A stretch of 32,000 nt of DNA from NCBI GenBank assembly GCA_963677765.1, contig OY782392.1, positions 630,001 through 662,000 of the forward strand, given 5' to 3'. The stretch's first letter is position 1. Each line of letters begins with the position of its first letter. Position numbers and translations under genes: made by a program. Below the pieces are notes generated by a model. It was not told the origin of the DNA and did not search any database. It worked only from the letters and a program-made list of their open reading frames with translations. The stretch is from Candidatus Saccharimonadota bacterium (GTDB lineage Bacteria; Patescibacteriota; Gracilibacteria; BD1-5; UBA6164). Of this stretch, positions 20,830 to 32,000 are shown in pieces.

Positions 20830-21999
20830 ATGAAAAAAAACTATAAGGCTTTTACTTTAGTTGAAATAATGTTATGAATATTAGTTGTTTCAGCAGTTAT
20901 GTTAGCTTGATTTCAAGCTTATGTTAGTATAGGTATTTGAAAGGTTAATCTAATAGAAAAATCTAATATTCAAAAAGATAGTTTTTACTTTACAGAAAAG
21001 TTATTCCAATTAATAAAACAATGAGGTACAATAGATTATGAAGAATATTTTAATAGAAAAGTAGTTTGAACAAATTCATCAAGTTGAAATTATATTTCAG
21101 CAACTTGATTTTGAAATTTCTGAAAATGATGAGATTTAGTGTGAAATTATTGAGCTTGATTTTATTTTTGTAGAAGTTTATCAAGTACTACATTTGTATC
21201 TTCAGATTGATGTTATGATAACCCAGTTGTATCTTCAGATCTAAGCTCTGATATTAATTGAAACAACTTTTCTGCATCAATTTGAGATATGCAAAGATAT
21301 GGGCAATATAGTTTTCAATTTATTGATTATAATTCTAATATGAATAATGATTTATGAGATGAAAATATAGATGCTAATATTATATGAGATGATGATGATG
21401 AAGTTATATGATTATGACCAATAGTTTTTAATTCATGAGATGATGTAAAAGAGTTATATCTTATCAGCTGAGACTGAACAAAAAGAACTCTTATTAGATG
21501 GAATATAACTAGAGATGTTGATGCTCCATCTTCTTCTACTTGTGATGCTACATTGACTACAGATTTTTCAAGTACTGACTTAGAATGATGTAGATGAACT
21601 GTTGAATTTTTAAAGTTAGAGTGAGTAGATTGGTGAATGGATCATCTTAATTGAACTAGTGATACTGATAATAGTGAATATGATTGAGTTATAGATACTT
21701 GGTTGTATGATAGACAATTTACATGATGAACTGATGTTATTGCTACTACATGAGATTGATATTGGAAAGAATTATTCCCAGATACTATTAATGTAACAGA
21801 TTTTAGAGTTTATGTTTATCCAAATGTTGATCCTGAAAATTCTTGGAAAGATGATTCAGCCTCATCAAAAATTTCACCTTATGTAACAATAAATTTTAAA
21901 ATTAAACCATCTTGGTCAGTTAGAGCTAGATTAAGAAATGAAGGGAAAGAAGTAAATTTAACAACAACAATTAATTTAACAGAGATATATAGTAATTAA
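20830..21999 (+). CDS. large type IV pilin/pseudopilin-like protein with a prepilin-type N-terminal cleavage/methylation motif
   Basis: MKKNYKAFTLVEIMLGILVVSAVML carries the class III signal (K-A|FTLVE with Glu5). 389 aa, Gly/Asp/Ser-rich, with several Cys. Most Gly codons are TGA. Confidence 0.75.
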
Positions 22000-22004
22000 T
22001 ATTT

Positions 22005-22913
22005 ATGAAAAATAATAAAAATGCTTTTAGCTTGGCAATTGCTATGTGACTAGTCTTGATTACTAGTCTTTTAGCTTTCACTATTTTGGAATATATGATT
22101 CCTTTTAGTAAAAATATTAGTTGAATAGAAAACTCTACAATGGCTTATTATAAGTCAAATAATTGAGTTGAATTAGGTTTATATTTTTTGAATTCTAGAT
22201 CTGATAATGAATTAAAAAATTCAAGTTCAAGAAATTATATAGCAGGTTATTATTATGATTATGAATTTGATACTCAAGTATCTTGAAATTCTATACCTAT
22301 ATCTTGAATGTGAAATAGTTTTTATAATAATGATTATAATAAAATATTATCATGAAATCCTATTCAATTAACAGTAGGTTATAATTATTTATGATGATGA
22401 AACTTTAATATATCTTTTATTGTCCCAGATTTAGATAAAAATTGATTATTAGATGAAGAGTTAGATACTTCTTTATGAAATGATTTATGAATAGTTAACT
22501 GGCAATTAACTAGTGATAGTTCTACATTAAATTCTCATTCTGGTTCTTTGTTTACAGTTTGAGAAATTAATAGTATGACAGATGATATAAGTCCTTTGGT
22601 TGTTAATATGTTTACTAGACAATGAAGATTACTAGACGGTACACCAACTAATTTTTGATCTTTTTATAATAGTAATTGTACTTGAACAAGTGATGAGTGT
22701 ATACTTAAATTTTCAATAATTAATACTTTAAAAACTTCAGATAGTTGAGTTCCTTATTTAGAGTGGAGGGCTACTACTTGAACTGATCAACTTCCTTTAC
22801 GTTATTCTATAATTGAATCAGAATGAAAATCTTATGGTTTTGTTAAATGATTGAATGTAAGAGTTCCTCAAGAAACTGTTTCAGAAGCTTTTGACTTTAC
22901 TGTTATACAATAA
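22005..22913 (+). CDS. minor-pilin-like protein (N-terminal hydrophobic pilin-type helix lacking Glu5)
   Basis: MKNNKNAFSLAIAMGLVLITSLLAFTILEY has no Glu at the fifth position after the putative cleavage site, a trait also reported for some minor pilins such as GspK. 302 aa. Adjacent to the pilin-like gene. Confidence 0.6.
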
Positions 22914-22934
22914 AAAAGAGTTTAAGCTCTTTTT
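22913..22934 (+). terminator. weak A/U-rich hairpin terminator
   Basis: aaaaagag / ctcttttt with loop tttaag, followed by T-rich sequence. Confidence 0.35.
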
Positions 22935-22959
22935 TGTTTTAATTTTAAAAAAAATAAAA

Positions 22960-23970
22960 ATGAAAATATATAATATAGAAGAAAATGACTCTAATCAAAG
23001 ACTAGATAAATTTTTAAAAAAATTATTTCCAAATGCCACAAGAAGTCTTATTTATAAATTTAATAGAAAGAATAAGATTAAAATTCAATCAATTGATACT
23101 GATTGAAAATTTAAAAAAATGGATAATGAATATAAGCTAAAAACATGAGATATAGTTAAAATTTTTTTAAGTGAGAAAGATTTTGATTTATTAACAACAC
23201 AAGAAAAATCTGTAAGCTTGAGTAAAAATGATTCTTTAGATAGAAATGATATAGTATATGAGGATTGAGATTTACTTGTTTTAAATAAAAGTCCTTGAAT
23301 TAATGTTCATGCTTGAGATCATAAAACAAAAGAAGCTAATATTATTATGCAGGTTCATGATTATCTTTGAAACTCTTTAAATAGTTTGACTTTTAAGCCA
23401 AGTCTTATACATAGAATTGATAGAGATACTAGTGGAATTTTACTTATATGAAAGAAAAAAGAAACTCTTACAAAGTTAGTTTGAGATTTTAAGGATCATA
23501 AAAAGGTAAAAAAAATATATTATGCTGTAGTTATATGAAAATTATCTAGAACAGAATGAACTATTAAAAAACCTTTAAAAAGAATAGAATGAGCAAAAAA
23601 TGAAAATAAAGTTCAAGTTGCTAATGATGGTCAAACTGCTATTTCTCATTATAGGCTTTTAAAAGAACATAATTTAAAAACTAATGAATGAAATATTATT
23701 TTATCTGAAGTAGAAGTAAAAATTGATACATGAAGAATGCATCAAATTAGGGTTCATATGGCTAGTTTATGAAATCCTATATTATGAGATAAAGCTTATG
23801 GAGATAAAAAAATAAATAGATATTTTGAAATAAATTATTGATTAACTAGACAGGCATTACATGCATGGAAAATTGATTTTTTTCATTATGCTAGAAATAA
23901 AAATTTTTCTTTGGAGGCTAGAATAAAAGAGGATTTAAAAAAATTGATAAATGATATAAAAAATAGTTAA
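22960..23970 (+). CDS. RluA-family pseudouridine synthase (RluD/RluC-like, with S4 domain)
   Basis: S4-like N-terminus (QRLDKFLKKLFPNATRSLIYKF), catalytic HRIDRDTSGILL, TGRMHQIRVHMA, ALHAW. 336 aa. Confidence 0.88.
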
Positions 23971-23995
23971 TTTATTATAAATTAACTATTTTTTT
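23963..23995 (+). terminator. rho-independent terminator
   Basis: atagttaattta / taaattaactat hairpin plus a T-run. Confidence 0.65.
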
Positions 23996-24049
23996 GATAA
24001 AAATTAAAATAAATATAATATTAATATATTAATATTAAGTCTTATTATT

Positions 24050-25189
24050 ATGATAGGTTTTATTTTAAAGTTAATGCTGACAAGAGGTTTATCTATGAAA
24101 AGATGGAATAATTTCCCTCGTATAGAAGATGTTAGTCATTTAGATAATGTTTGATATGTTATACATATTGCTTTATTTTTATCTTATTTAGAAGAGAAAA
24201 ATTGAAAAAAAGTTAATAGAGAGTTTTTAATAAAAAGAATTATTTTTAATTCATTTTTATCATTATTAATTTCTGATATAAATTCATGAACAAGGGAATA
24301 TATAAAAAATATAGATTCATCAATATTTAGACAAATCGAAGATTTATGAATTAAAAATCTTTTAGACTTAGACTCACCAGATTTTATAAAAAAAGATTTA
24401 GAATCAACTCTTTTGAATACTGATAATAAATTAGAGTTATTGATAATTGATTGTGCTAAAAAATATGCATGACTGAATGAATGTACTATTAACTCAAAAA
24501 TTTATGATGATATTTATGAAGTTCCTTTATTTGAAATAAATGGTTTTTTAAATGAAAATAGAAATAAATTATATAGTTTAAATATACTTTTAGATAATGA
24601 TAACTACAAAAAATATTTATCGCATATAAGGAGGTTAAGTCATTCTATGAGATGGAGTTGACAAACAAGGATATTTCCAATTTCTGTTATGTCACACCTA
24701 GTTATAATAACATATATTGCATATGTTATATGAATGATTGAAAATAATAATTGAAAGAATTACTCAATTGAAGAATTATTACTTAGAACTATTTACCATG
24801 ATATTCCAGAAGCAATAACAGGTGATATAATTACTCCTACAAAAAAATCAGTAGATTGATTTGTAGAAGTTCTAGAAAAAGTAGAAATAAAAATGATGGA
24901 TGATTATATGTTTTCTTATGTAGATAATGATTATAGGTCTAATGTTTTTGAATATATGTTAAATCCTTTTGATTGAGAAATTTGAAAAATAGCTAAACAT
25001 GCAGATATTTATTCAGCTTTATTGGAATCAAAAATTGAAAGAAATTATTGATGAAAGAACTTTTCTCAAATATATAGAAATATAAAAAAAATTTTAAATA
25101 AAATAGATACATCTAGTATGGATTATATGCTTAAACATGTAATTGATAACTTTGATGAAAAAATTGATGATATACACTTAAAAAAATAA
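24050..25189 (+). CDS. YfbR-like HD-domain protein (5'-deoxynucleotidase family), apparently with a degenerate N-terminal repeat of the fold
   Basis: The C-terminal half has MRWSGQTRIFPISVMSHL ... LLLRTIYHDIPEAITGDIITPTKK (H...HD...D). The N-terminal half has KRWNNFPRIEDVSHLDNV but no HD dyad. 379 aa. Confidence 0.7.
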
Positions 25190-25194
25190 TTAAA

Positions 25195-25929
25195 ATGGAT
25201 ACTTATAATAAATTTTTAAAATATTATGATGAAATAGTTAGAGGTGTTAATTCTCCTTTGGAAGATGAGGTTGAATTTTTGGTTGAAGATTGTATAAAAG
25301 AATATAAACCTGACGCTAAAACTATTTTAGAAGCTGCTTGTTGAACTTGAACAGTTGCTTTAGAATTAAAAAATAAATGATATAATATATCTTGATTCGA
25401 TATAAATGATAAAGCTTTAGAAATTGCTAAACAAAAACTATGAGATAAAAATATTTTTAAAGCTGATATGGTTAATTTTGATTTAAATAAAACATATGAT
25501 GTTGTTTTATGTAATTATAATTCAATATGTCATCTTCTTGATTGGAATGATTGGGTTTCATTTTTTTCAAATGTATATAATCATTTAGATAAATGAGGAA
25601 TATTTATTTTTGATATAAATACATTGTATGAATTTGAAAATATTACTAAAGAATTCGCTCAATTTTATACATTTTGAGAAGATGTTGTATGTTTAGAAAT
25701 GTTTAAAAAAACTTGATATTTTGAATGGTTAATAAAAATATTTAATCATATAGATTGAGATAATTTTAAACTGACAAAAGAGCTTGTTAAAGAAAACTCT
25801 TTCTCTATTTCAAAAATAGAAAATGAGTTAAAATTGAAATGATTTGAATTAAAAGAAAAAATAGATTACCATTATTGAGAGGTTTCGGCTGAAAGTGAAA
25901 GAGTTTATTTTATTTGTATAAAAAAATAA
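25195..25929 (+). CDS. class I SAM-dependent methyltransferase
   Basis: Motif I ILEAACGTGTVALEL, followed by GFDIND and VVLCNYNSI. 244 aa. Confidence 0.8.
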
Positions 25930-25930
25930 T

Positions 25931-27289
25931 ATGGATGTTTCTTTAATACTAAATCTACTATTATCGATAGGTTTATGAGCACTAGTGTGAATGGAAAGGT
26001 GAATAAGTGATAAAATAAAATCTATAAATAAATCTTCTATTAGTTTTTGAGATATAAGAACATTTGCATTGATTTCTTTATTGTGAGCATTAAGTACTTG
26101 GTTTTGAATAAACTTATGAATTTTATCTTTTATTTATATTACCTTTTTTATAGTTTCTATTTTTATAGCTATATATTATATTTATACAGTATTTAAAGAA
26201 AAACAGTTTTGATTAACTACTGAACTATCAGCAATAATAACATTTTTTCTTTGAATGTTTATTATGATAGGGTATTCACAAGTTGCAATCATTCTATCAA
26301 TAGTTTTAACATTTTTATTATCATCTAAGTCTTATTTAGATATTTTATTGCAAAAAATTAGTAAACAAGAACTTAATAATACAATAAAATTTGCTGTAAT
26401 ATCTATTGTTATTTTGCCATTATTACCTAATTCTAAATTCTCAATCTCAGATATTTTATATTATATATGATATAATAATGAAATAAATAACTCTATATTA
26501 AACCTAGATTTTTTAAATCCTTATGGTATTTGGTTTTTTGTTGTTTTGATGTCATGAATATCATATGCTTGATATATAATGAGTAAACTTATTTGAGAAA
26601 AATGAAGTATATTGGCTTCTTGAGCAATATGATGACTTGTTTCAAGTACAGCAGTAACAGCTGCTATGTCAGAATCAAGTAAAAAAGATATAAAAAATAG
26701 ATCTATGTATGTAGTTTCAACTTTGCTAGCATCAACAATTATGTTTGTTAGGGTTATATTAATAGTTCTATTTTTTAATATAAATATGGTTTCTACAATA
26801 ATATATCCAAGTGTTTTTATGCTTATATGAATGCTTGCTTATATGATTTATTTTTATTATAGTTCAAAAAATAAAGAACTCCATGTTGATAATCTAAGTT
26901 TTGAGGAGAAAAAATATAAAAGTCCATTTAGTATTGCTCCAGCTTTAAAGTTTGCATGATTTGTTCTTTTTATAAAATTTATTGCTTGAGTTTGAGCTTT
27001 GTATAAAGATGTATGGGGCGATTATTTTTTCTATGCACTTTGAATTATTTCTTGATTAGCTGATGTTGATGCTATAAGTCAAACTATGGCTGTTGATGCA
27101 TTTGATTGAAAAGTTTGATTAGAATTAGCAGCTATAACTATAATAATAGCTGTAATTTCAAATAATTTGGTTAAAGGTTCTATTTCATTGAAATTTTGAG
27201 AAAGAAAATATTGAATTTCTGTTATGCTTTGATTTGTTATTTCAATGCTTATGTGAATTTTTGGTATGTTTTTCATGAAATTATTATAA
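25931..27289 (+). CDS. MgtC/SapB-family plus DUF4010-type integral membrane protein
   Basis: N-terminal LLLSIGLGALVGMERG (MgtC signature), then about 10 or more TM segments. 452 aa. Confidence 0.75.
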
Positions 27290-27320
27290 AAAAGCTTGGT
27301 TTTTAAACCAAGCTTTTTTA
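27288..27320 (+). terminator. rho-independent terminator
   Basis: aaaaagcttggttt / aaaccaagcttttt perfect hairpin plus a T-run. Confidence 0.75.
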
Positions 27321-27392
27321 TAATAATTGTTTTATTTTGATTTAGATTATATATTAGTTATACTTACTCAAAATAATTTTTAAGTTAATTAA

Positions 27393-28505
27393 ATGAAGTA
27401 CGTATTATCTACTATAGCATGAGTTGAAAGTATTGCTAAAAAAGAAATTGAAAGAGTTGGTTGAAAAATAGAGGAAACAACAGATAGATTAGTTACTTTT
27501 TCTTGATGAATAGAATTAATTCCTAGAGTTAATTTATGGTCAAGAGTAGGAAATAAAATGTATTTGTTGCTTGCTGAAAAAGAATGAGTAAAAGATTTTG
27601 ATAGTTTATTTGAAATTGTTAATTCTATTTCTTGGAAGGCTTACTTTAAAAAAGATTTTCCTATAGTTGTTAAGTCAACAAGTATAAGAAGTGAGCTTTT
27701 TGCTGAAAGAACAATTCAAAGTATTTCAAAAAAAGCAATAATAAAATCTAGAGTTTGAGATAACTGAACTATAAATGAAGATCCTATGTTAGAAAAAATG
27801 GAAATTCTTATTTTGCTTATTGATAATAAATTAAGAGTACTTTTAAATACTAGTTGAAAAGCTCTTCATATGAGATGATATAGAGAAAAATCATGAGATG
27901 CTCCTATAAAAGAGTCTTTGGCTGCAGCTTTGGTTTTATTGTCAGGTTGGAAATTCAAAGAACCATTTTATGATTTTTTCTGTTGAAGTGGTACTATTTG
28001 AATAGAAGCTTTAATGATAGCTAAAAACATTGCTCCATGATTAAAAAGAAAATTTGCTTTTGAAAAATTTGGGATTGTTAATAGTGAAATTACTGAAAAT
28101 GAAAGACTTGATGCTAGAAAAAAAGAGTTTGATTGAGAATATACCATTAGATGTAGTGATATAGATCCTGAAATGGTAGAATTAGCTAAACAAAACTCTA
28201 TAATTGCTTGATTGTGATGAGAAATTAATTTTGAAGTAAAAGATTTTAGAGATGCTTTATCAAAAGAGTTATATGGTAGCTTGGTTTCTAATCCACCTTA
28301 TGGAGATAGATTAAAAGATGATGATTTAAAGTGAATATATAATAATATAGATAAGATTTTTAGAGTAAATCCTGCTTTGAATTGATGAATTATTTCAAGC
28401 TATTTAGAGTTTGATAATATTATTAATAATCATAAATCTTATAAAAAAAGAAAATTATATAATTGAGGTGAATTGTGTTACTTTTGGAAAAAAAATAATA
28501 ATTAA
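27393..28505 (+). CDS. THUMP-domain class I SAM-dependent RNA methyltransferase (RlmL/RlmK N-terminal-type, COG0116)
   Basis: THUMP-like N-terminal region, FYDFFCGSGTIGIEA (motif I), and SNPPYGDRL (NPPY motif IV). 370 aa. Confidence 0.85.
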
Positions 28506-28508
28506 TTT

Positions 28509-28841
28509 ATGAATACTATTTGAAGGCTAATGCCTAATAAATTTTATGAATATTTGAATTCATGAAAATTTACTTTAATTGACTTTAGAACTCCTGAAGA
28601 AAAAATATATTATTGATATATAGAGAATACAGATTTATTTATTGATGTATATAGTAAAGATATAGTTGAGAAAATATTATCTTTAGATAAAAATAAATCT
28701 TATTTAATATATTGTTTTCATTGAAATAGGACACAGGGAGTTTTGGATTTTATGGATAAAAATTGATTTAAAGAAGTTTATGATTTAATTTGATGAATAG
28801 AATATTGGGAAAATTATAATTATAAACTTAAAAAAGATTAA
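28509..28841 (+). CDS. single-domain rhodanese-like sulfurtransferase
   Basis: LIDFRTPEE and the active-site loop CFHGNRTQ. 110 aa. 7 of 8 Gly codons are TGA. Confidence 0.8.
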
Positions 28842-28890
28842 AACTTGATTTTACTTAAAAACATATATAATTAATTAGTCAAACTAAAAA

Positions 28891-28896
28891 AGGAGG
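28891..28896 (+). promoter_or_regulatory. Shine-Dalgarno sequence AGGAGG, 6 nt upstream of GTG 28903
   Basis: aaaaAGGAGGctgacaGTG. GGAGG-type motifs are absent ahead of nearly all other starts I inspected. The exception is AAGGAG ahead of the gene starting at 31758. Confidence 0.6.
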
Positions 28897-28902
28897 CTGA
28901 CA

Positions 28903-29382
28903 GTGTATAATATTATCACCTTGGACCATAGTACAGCAGGTATTCCTGAAGATGGCTTTGGTGTCGATGATAATGGTAATTTTTTTGTTGCCATATCAAA
29001 AATGGGCTTTATCAAAAATAAGGATTCTTTAATTTTTTTATTTGTAAATGACAAAATTGTTGTTACATATGCTAAAATTAAAAAATCAAGAACATATAAA
29101 GCTGATAAATTTCGTTCTATAAAAAAACAAGCTCAGGATTCATATGATATTATGGTTATCGATAGGATTATTGAATATCATTTGATGTTTCTGGGTAGGT
29201 CTAAAAGAAGAAAAAATATTGATGTTTACCTTTCGCGTGTACATGTGAATAGGGTAATTTCAAATATTCTTTCCCGTGTTTATAAGCATGTGGGGGCTTA
29301 TTATGACAAAAATAGTGTAAATTTAAAAAGACATAAGTATCAGGATTTTTATCTGAGGGTAAAAGATGCTGGATTTATGTGA
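28903..29382 (+). CDS. compositionally atypical hypothetical protein (159 aa): GTG start, no internal TGA, terminates on TGA (a stop only in the standard code)
   Basis: Intact in the standard-code track. SD-led. Uses CGT, GGC, GGG, CTG, GAC and ACC codons that are rare in neighbouring genes. The TGA at 29380-29382 lies 6 nt before a strong terminator hairpin. No family recognised. Confidence 0.6.
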   Translation: MYNIITLDHSTAGIPEDGFGVDDNGNFFVAISKMGFIKNKDSLIFLFVNDKIVVTYAKIKKSRTYKADKFRSIKKQAQDSYDIMVIDRIIEYHLMFLGRSKRRKNIDVYLSRVHVNRVISNILSRVYKHVGAYYDKNSVNLKRHKYQDFYLRVKDAGFM

Positions 29383-29388
29383 AAAATA

Positions 29389-29420
29389 AAAGACAAAAAG
29401 TTTTTAAACTTTTTGTCTTT
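29389..29420. terminator. bidirectional terminator shared by the atypical ORF and dnaK
   Basis: aaagacaaaaagt / actttttgtcttt 13-bp hairpin with T-runs on both strands. Confidence 0.8.
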
Positions 29421-29429
29421 TTTATTTAA

Positions 29430-31331
<1,902 letters not shown>

Positions 31332-31395
31332 ATATAAGAAAATTAAGTTTTAAATTTTTGTAATTTTTCAACAGTCATTTTTATGACTTGCTAAA

Positions 31396-31423
31396 ATATT
31401 ATCATTTTTTTTATATCTGTCAA
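31396..31423 (-). promoter_or_regulatory. sigma70-type promoter TTGACA-N16-TAATAT upstream of dnaK
   Basis: Minus strand TTGACA (31423-31418) and TAATAT (31401-31396). Confidence 0.5.
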
Positions 31424-31430
31424 AACTTTT

Positions 31431-31457
31431 TTAGCACTTTTTTATATAGAGTGCTAA
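31431..31457. promoter_or_regulatory. CIRCE operator (HrcA binding site)
   Basis: TTAGCACTT-N9-GAGTGCTAA, one mismatch from the consensus TTAGCACTC-N9-GAGTGCTAA. Lies about 100 nt upstream of the dnaK start. Confidence 0.85.
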
Positions 31458-31465
31458 AAATAAAA

Positions 31466-31510
31466 ATTGCAAAATTAAAACAGGGTATAAAAACCCTGTT
31501 ATTTTGCAAT
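31466..31510 (-). terminator. long interrupted hairpin terminator after the DUF465-like gene
   Basis: attgcaaaat..aacagggt / accctgtt attttgcaat, followed by T-rich sequence on the minus strand. Confidence 0.6.
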
Positions 31511-31512
31511 GT

Positions 31513-31758
31513 TTAAGCTACTTTTTTACATTCATTTTTTTTCTTTTCTTGTAAATAAGTACTTATTTTAGATTGTATTTTGGACTTTAAATTACATTTT
31601 TTCTTTTTTAACTCACTTGTATTTGAGTATTGTCCTTTTTCATCAATTTCGTTTGAAACTGATTTAAACTCATCTACCATTGCTGCAAAGTCATCATCTT
31701 GTTGTGTTAACTCCTCGATAATATCTGCATTTTCTTTTAAGAAATCTGACTTTCTCAT
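31513..31758 (-). CDS. small coiled-coil protein, DUF465/YdcH-like (81 aa)
   Basis: Intact track ORF. The pattern ...DDFAAMVDEFKSVSNEIDE...ELKKKKCNLKSKI resembles YdcH-family proteins. AAGGAG lies 7 nt upstream of the ATG. Confidence 0.55.
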   Translation of the reverse strand: MRKSDFLKENADIIEELTQQDDDFAAMVDEFKSVSNEIDEKGQYSNTSELKKKKCNLKSKIQSKISTYLQEKKKNECKKVA

Positions 31759-31907
31759 TAAATAACTCCTTTTTTTCTGTATTTACTTACAATGATTTTT
31801 TTAATGTAAGTTTTTTATTTATAATATTTTTTTTATTTTAGTCAAATTTTGTTTTTTGTAATTTGTATGTTATAATAATTAAAAGTTATTTATCTAATTA
31901 TTTTTTT

Positions 31908-32000
31908 ATGGAAAATTATGATTTAATAGAAAATAAAGCAGAAGAAGAATATACTAATGAATTTGATAAATATGTTAGCTATTTGGAAAAAAAGAGAAAT
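31908..32000 (+). CDS. hypothetical protein, N-terminal fragment (runs off the window)
   Basis: ATG 31908, open to the window end (31 codons). An extended -10-like TGTTATAAT lies about 35 nt upstream. Confidence 0.4.
   Translation, partial: MENYDLIENKAEEEYTNEFDKYVSYLEKKRN

Noticed and set aside
27079-27276. Track ORF on the minus strand (65 aa)
   Set aside because: It is antisense to the C-terminal region of the MgtC/DUF4010 membrane protein gene.
31784-31815. Hairpin acttaca-N13-tgtaagt followed by a T-run in the intergenic region after the DUF465-like gene's start
   Set aside because: No plus-strand gene ends upstream of it, the stem is 7 bp and A/T-rich, and the loop is long. It is probably incidental in AT-rich spacer DNA.

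Overview
Very AT-rich bacterial chromosome segment that only makes sense if TGA is read as glycine (NCBI translation table 25, used by Gracilibacteria and SR1/Absconditabacteria). Under the standard code the window looks almost gene-free, and the supplied ORF track is mostly fragments and antisense shadows. Re-reading TGA as a sense codon by hand gives about 45 tightly packed CDS, every one ending in TAA or TAG except one. In-frame TGA falls on invariant glycines: the SufC and RecA P-loops, DnaK MGKIIGIDLGTTNS and DLGGGTFD, the L1 C-terminal MGP, and RsmH GMGGH. TGG is still used for Trp. Gene content: three tandem paralogs for small Cys-containing exported proteins, each with an in-frame (TA)n tract; recR; rsmH plus an ftsL-like gene; a suf Fe-S operon (sufC, sufB, hesB/sufA-like, short sufD, thioredoxin-like, ccdA-like, nifU/sufU-like, Rrf2 regulator); rplA; yidD; rpsT-infC-rpmI-rplT; pheT; an HD hydrolase; recA; a zinc-ribbon protein; a DnaQ-like exonuclease; a sigma-region-4/HARE-HTH protein; two large prepilin-like proteins; an RluA-family pseudouridine synthase; a YfbR-like HD protein; two SAM methyltransferases; an MgtC/DUF4010 membrane protein; a rhodanese; and dnaK with a CIRCE operator. 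The main oddities are (1) the recoding itself, (2) one G/C-richer, Shine-Dalgarno-led, GTG-start ORF (28903-29382) with no internal TGA that ends on TGA, so it has no valid stop in the host code, and (3) a (TA)n tract that puts the middle paralog out of frame by exactly one repeat unit. All coordinates, translations and counts were made by hand, with no database search. Family calls rest on recognised motifs only.
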